DNA from: Haliotis cracherodii
Lineage: Eukaryota
Assembly (NCBI RefSeq): GCF_022045235.1
Contig: NW_027266308.1
Coordinates: forward strand, 33,790,001-33,854,000
DNA: 64,000 nucleotides
Direction: 5' to 3'
Shown here: positions 57,836 to 64,000 of the stretch, piece after piece
Position numbering within the stretch: the first letter of the stretch is position 1
Layout of the letters: each line of letters begins with the position of its first letter
Position numbers and translations under genes: made by a program
The notes under the pieces: model-generated
What the model was told of the DNA's origin: nothing
The model's database searches: none
The model's input: the letters and a program-made list of their open reading frames with translations, nothing else

Positions 57836-58034
57836 GGCATTCCCGATATCTCGAAACAAACTTAGGTTTTTACTCAAATCTCAAACTGAGTTTGAAAAAA
57901 AACCTCAGCTGAGTTTTTAACTCAACCATGTCAACTGTATTTCTTGAAACAAACTCAGCAAAAGCTCAGCTGAGTTTTTAACTCAGGACTTAAGTCAGTT
58001 TTCGAACTTAAGTTTGTTTCGAGAAATCGGGGCC
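57836..58034. mobile_element. Palindromic MITE (possibly PIF/Harbinger-like)
   Basis: CCCGATATCTCGAAACAAACTTA...TAAGTTTGTTTCGAGAAATCGGG inverted repeats, with internal CTCAGCTGAG repeats. Confidence 0.6.
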
Positions 58035-59476
58035 TGATCATTGCTGACAAAACAAATCTGTCATGAATATATTTTCCAATTCCAATAGTTAAAGTACAAT
58101 ACTGTGTACTTTATTTTATGTTTATCATCCCAAACTGGCTCCCACAGGAGATATCGCTTGGGTGAGATCAAGCGATATCTACACTGTAGATATTGCTTCA
58201 ATGAAATTGCATCACAATGCTTTGCAGACCATTGTGATGTCATTGGTTACAATGACATCCCAATCAAATGACATCACTAATGGCTCTGCTACTGAAGCTG
58301 TTAGCAGTACTTTGTACACTTAAGACACTATTACTGTCTACAAACTGAAAAAGTTGGAAGAATGATGTTGGATGATAAATAAAGTCTCACCCAAGTGTCT
58401 TTTGATATCAAATATATCAACACTCGTTGATAAAAGTGGAAGAAATCCTTGACAAGCCTCAGAGTTTTCCCACTTTTATCAACTCGTGTTGATATATTTG
58501 ATGTCAAAAGACACTCAGGTAAGATTCTCTTTATGGCAAACATGGAAAAATAAAACTTAGTTATGTATTTATTATTTGTTGTTAATAATCATGATAATTG
58601 AATACCCTGTATTTGTTGAGGGTTCATTTTGTTTGTGAGATATTTGCGCTATTTGGCATTTGTATAGCACCTGGTATACACCTCACAGCTTCCACTTTCA
58701 GGATTCTGTGATCACAAATGTAACTGTAGTCATCATGATGGTACCATGTTTTTGTGATAATAATTGAGTCATGTTACCACACTTGGTTACCATGGTTACA
58801 GGACATAAACACAAGGGGATGTTGATGATGTATTGTAGTCCCTATGTTATTGGAAGGTTCTAAGTTGTGCCAGATGATATTTACCTTTTGTTTGAAAATA
58901 TACATGACATTTTGTGATACCGGTCTGGTTACCATTGTTGAGTTTTTTGCTAATTTCAAGAACATGGTAACATATATATTTGCTACAGAAATATATTTCC
59001 CATATTTTGAGTAGAAAACAACATGAACAAAGCAAACTCTGCCACATCATTGAATTACATTTTCTCCATGACTCTGGGATCTGTGACTTACCATGCTTTC
59101 ATCAAGATCGGTCAGGCTATATATTTTCTGTTGGGACTAAACTTTTGCAGCATTTTATAGAAAATAAAAGTAATAAATAAAAATGTTGATTTGAAGTTAA
59201 TTTTGCTATATAAAAATTCTTGAATAATCATAAGATTTAGTGAAGCAAGTAGAATTTTAATTTAATTTAAAAATTAAATTTAGTTATTCATGGCGGAATA
59301 TTTTATTTTTTTTCTGAGTGAATGTGAATGTAGTTTTAGTCCACGGTCGGTACAAATTCCAGCCATGTGACAATCCTTAACCCAGCAAACCAGGTGCTGG
59401 GGGCGTGAACAACAATCCGTTTACAACACGAGGGCGACCAGGTCACAGACACTGACCACTTGATCTTTGCAGCAAA

Positions 59477-59562
59477 CCTACAGGCTCTGATCTTATGGAC
59501 GTTTGTCATTTGGGTCACTACCTACAGGCTCTGATCTTATGGACGTTTGTCATTTGGGTCAC
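59477..59562. repeat. ~44-bp tandem duplication
   Basis: CCTACAGGCTCTGATCTTATGGACGTTTGTCATTTGGGTCAC occurs twice. Confidence 0.9.
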
Positions 59563-60599
59563 ATGTTATGTACAAGTATATCCTAATAATACCCTCCAAC
59601 CTTACCCTCGACCATGGGTTCTTGATCCTAGAGGCAAAAGTTGTTTTCAAGAGCTGTTCACTATATGCACTGACATGCTACCCATGGACAGATAGAGTAT
59701 TGCCCCTTTGTTCCTGCCACTGTACCTTTATAACCCAATATCATATGACCCAATATCATACTGTTACTCTCCCTGTACATTGTATCTAGTACTTGGTTTG
59801 AACGAAAGCTAGCTACTCTTACCCAGGATCCCCATGGGGCCCTCACAGTGGGGCTAAGTGTCACAGAGGTACTCGAGTGATGGCAGATTGATTGTTGTTT
59901 TCCTTCATCTGTAGAATATGTTGAGGAAATGGCACGTTAATTGTTGGTGTCCTTTATCAAGGATTTTGTTTACAAAATGTATTGTTTTAAAAGCTTCCCC
60001 AACATGAGCTGTGAAGGACAATTATGATGATATATGTTAAACAATGCCACACTCTTATTGCTTTTACAGAGTTCACAGGTATTTTGAGTGAAGCATTTGC
60101 ATTGCATGGTTCTGCTGTACAATGTCCCATTTTGCTTTGTTTCCGTCTGTAATTTTGCAAATGATTAAAGGATTTTGTGCTAAACATTTTATTATAATTT
60201 TGAAATATTACTCCGCTGCAATACCTCCTGAGAAAAGCTTGGCTGAATGAAGAATGTGTTGTTTTTTTATCCAGTCATGATGTCAGATTTCTAAAATGAT
60301 GCGGGGTTCATTTTAAAAAAAAATATATTGACACACATATTCCTTCGATGCTACTCCTTTTTAAGTGTAGATGATATGGCGCTCAGAAACAACACTGTGT
60401 TTACAACATAATGGCACTATCTTGATTATCTACATTCAGAACTTGTTGTTTTAGTTTTTTTTATAGAAACTGAAATCAGACATGCTGATCTGAATGCTTT
60501 GCTCAGAAACTTCACCTGATATGACCCCTGTGGAGTAGACCATATGCAGATAGGTATCGTATCAAAGCAAAATATTTGCAGTACCTAATGTTTTACTCC

Positions 60600-63020
60600 C
60601 AGTTGGGACTCCAGTTCAGAGTATATCCCCAGTACATCATGCTTATCTCTGTTGGGATTCCGGTTCAGAGTATATCCCCAGTACGTCATGCTTGTCTCTG
60701 TTGGGATTGCGGTTCAGAGTAAATCCCCACTACGTCAGGCTTGTCTCTGTTGGGATTGCGGTTCAGAGTAAATCCTCAGTACATCATGCTTGTCTCTGTT
60801 GGGATTGCGGTTCAGAGTAAATCCTCAGTACGTCATGCTTGTCTCTGTTTGGATTCCAGTTCAGAGTATATCCCCAGTATGTCATGCTTGTCTCTGGGAT
60901 TCCGGTTCAGAGTATATCCCCACTACGGCAGGCTTGTCTCTGTTGGGATTCCGGTTCAGAGTATATCCCCAGTATGTCATGCTTGTCTCTGTTGGGATTC
61001 CGGTTCAGAGTATATCCCCACTACGGCAGGCTTGTCTCTGTTGGGATTGCGGTTCAGAGTATATCCCTACTATGTCATGCTTGTCTCTGTTGGGATTCCG
61101 GTTCAGAGTATATCCCCTCTATGTCATGCTTGTCTCTGTTGGGATTCCGGTTCAGAGTATATTTCCACTATGTCATGCTTGTCTCTGTTGGGATTCCGGT
61201 TCAGAGTATATCCCCTCTACGTCATGCTTGTCTCTGTTGGGATTCCGGTTCAGAGTATATTTCCACTACGTCATGCTTGTCTCTGTTGGGATTCCGGTTC
61301 AGAGTATATCCCCTCTACGTCATGCTTGTCTCTGTTGGGATTCCGGTTCAGAGTATATATATCCCCAGTATGTCATGATTGTCTCTGTTGGGATTCCGGT
61401 TCAGAGTATATATATCCCCAGTACGTCATGCTTGTCTCTGTTGGGATTCCGGTGGAGATTATATCCCCAGTATGTCATGCTTGTCTCTGTTGGGATTCCG
61501 GTATATCCCCAGTACGTTATGCTTGTCTCTGTTGGGATTCCGGTTCAGAGTATATTTCCACTACGTCATGCTTGTCTCTGTTGGGATTCCGGTTCAGAGT
61601 ATATCCCCTCTACGTCATGCTTGTCTCTGTTGGGATTCCGGTTCAGAGTATATTTCCACTACGTCATGCTTGTCTCTGTTGGGATTCCGGTTCAGAGTAT
61701 ATCCCCTCTACGTCATGCTTGTCTCTGTTGGGATTCCGGTTCAGAGTATATATATCCCCAGTATGTCATGATTGTCTCTGTTGGGATTCCGGTTCAGAGT
61801 ATATATATCCCCAGTACGTCATGCTTGTCTCTGTTGGGATTCCGGTGGAGATTATATCCCCAGTATGTCATGCTTGTCTCTGTTGGGATTTCGGTATATC
61901 CCCAGTACGTCATGCTTGTCTCTGTTGGGATTCCAGTTCAGAGCATATCCCCAGTATGTCATGCTTGTCTCTGTTGGGATTCCGGTTCAGAGTATATTTC
62001 CAGTATGTCATGCTTGTCTCTGTTGGGATTCCGGTATATCCCCAATACGTCATGCTTGTCTCTGTTGGGATTCCGATTCAGAGTATATCCCCAGTATGTC
62101 ATGCTTGTCTCTGTTGGGATTCCGGTTCAGAGTATATCCCCAGTATGTCATGCTTGTCTCTGTTGGGATTCCGGTATATCCCCAGTATGTCATGCTTGTC
62201 TCTGTTGGGATTCCGATTCAGAGTATATCCCCAGTATGTCATGCTTGTCTCTGTTGGAATTCCGGTATATCCCCAGTACATCATGCTTGTCTCTGTTGGA
62301 ATTCCGATTCAGAGTATATCCCCAGTACGTCATGCTTGTCTCTGTTGGAATTCCGGTATATCCCCAGTACGTCATGCTTGTCTCTGTTGGAATTCCGATT
62401 CAGAGTATATTCCCAATACGTCATGCTTGTCTCTGTTGGAATTCCGATTCAGAGTATATCCCCAGTACGTCATGCTTGTCTCTGTTGGAATTCCGGTATA
62501 TCCCCAGTACGTCATGCTTGTCTCTGTTGGAATTCCGATTCAGAGTATATTCCCAATACGTCATGCTTGTCTCTGTTGGGATTCCGGTTCAGAGTATATC
62601 CCCAGTATGTCATGCTTGTCTCTGTTGGGATTCCGGTATATCCCCAATACGTCATGCTTGTCTCTGTTGGGATTCCGATTCAGAGTATATCCCCAGTATG
62701 TCATGCTTGTCTCTGTTGGGATTCCGGTATATCCCCAATACGTCATGCTTGTCTCTGTTGGGATTCCGATTCAGAGTATATCCCCAGTACGTCATGCTTG
62801 TCTCTGTTGGGATTCCGGTATATCCCCAGTATGTCATGCTTGTCTCTGTTGGGATTCCGATTCAGAGTATATCCCCAGTACGTCATGCTTGTCTCTGTTG
62901 GAATTCCGGTATAGGCCCAGTAAGTCATACTTGTCTCTGTTGGGATTCCGGTTCAGAGTATATCCCCTCTACGTCATGCTTGTCTCTGTTGGGATTCTAG
63001 TTCAGAGTATATTTCCAGTA
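60600..63020. repeat. 2.4-kb satellite of 49-bp units with 42-bp deletion variants
   Basis: Unit TTGTCTCTGTTGGGATTCCGGTTCAGAGTATATCCCCAGTACGTCATGC; ~50 copies. Confidence 0.97.
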
Positions 63021-64000
63021 CAGTTTACTTGTCATAAGATCCGTTTCAATGAAGATCAGTTGTCATAACATCTCGTCATACCCTGTTTATGGTTTCAGTT
63101 TCTGGATTGCTTCAGCCATACTTGATAATGGACAGGCCGTTATGAGACAGCTGGATATTTTGGTTGGTTGGTTTGTTGTTTAACGCCGCACTCAGCAATA
63201 TTCCAGCTATATGACAGCGGTCTGTAAATAATCGAGTCTGGACCAGACATCCAGTGATTAATATGAGCATCGATCCATGCAAATGGGATCAATGACATGC
63301 ATCAAGCAAGTCGGCGATCCTGACCACCCAAACACGTTAGTCGCCTCTTACAACAAGCATAGTCGCCTTTTACGGCAAGCATGGGCGATGATACAGCTGG
63401 AATATTGAGGACTGTAGCAATATAATGACAGTCACTCACTCATTCTTGGCCCAGAGTCCGACTACTTCCCTTGTAGCAGTGACATTCAATAACACGAAAA
63501 CGATATAAAAAAAATAAATTCCCAAATCATCAAAATGCACCAGTTCCCTACTAGACTGATCTATATAGAAAGTTTCAACAAGAAATATTTTACTGTTTTA
63601 GAGTTCTGCTCCTGTATTGGAAAACTGCTGGCTGACAGACATGGTGATCGCCATATCTCCCCCCCCTTTTTTCAAAGGGGATAAAAATAACATTCAACAC
63701 AACATTGGAACAGACAACAGAAAATGATTTTTTATGAAAAGTATTTACCTCTTTATTTTCATGTGGAAACAAATTATTAAAACAAACAAAATGATAGCAT
63801 AACAAAAATACCATGTACACTCAAAAATGAGATTGGTCAGTACTGACCAGTTAGTTCCTCATGGAACTGTCCAGTAAATGGCACACATGAAGGCTGCAAA
63901 TACAACATTCTTGCCTCTGAGACACCAGTGCACACATGACCTCTTATTTCTGCTTTAAATGACTACAAACAGTAACACTCAACCTAGGTAGCCCCTTTGC

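Noticed and set aside
60741-63068. 775-aa and 736-aa overlapping ORFs
   Set aside because: The satellite unit lacks stop codons on the plus strand in all frames, so the same peptides recur in every frame. No ATG context or domain evidence.

Overview
Eukaryotic, intron-rich, AT-rich animal DNA. The repeat content suggests a mollusc, possibly an abalone-like gastropod (inference only). Manual GT-AG, frame-consistent exon assembly gives six protein-coding genes. (1) The 5' part of a divergent LRPPRC-like PPR gene (-), which runs off the window start. (2) PIGH (+, 5 exons). (3) An intronless 946-aa pogo/Tigger-derived (CENP-B/Jerky/TIGD-like) gene (-), nested in the last PIGH intron. (4) CNRIP1 (-, 3 exons). 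(5) LRRC57 (-, 5 exons). (6) NTPCR (+, 5 exons), head-to-head with LRRC57 across a 284-bp bidirectional promoter. Introns and intergenic DNA are dense with short retroposons (three families share one LINE-type 3' tail) and non-autonomous DNA transposons (9-bp-TSD, TTAA/Kolobok-like and TA/pogo-like). Most notable points: the nested, apparently domesticated transposase has an intact DD34D triad, an AT-hook and a long disordered N-terminus; the commonest retroposon has a non-tRNA 5' head with a covarying stem and possible pseudoknot, which appears to have seeded two separate ~50-bp satellite arrays; and a minisatellite has the NTPCR C-terminus and stop codon as its first unit. Most short ORFs in the supplied track, and the long ones at 42 kb and 61-63 kb, are repeat artefacts. 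There are two assembly gaps. All homology calls come from recalled sequence similarity, not database searches.
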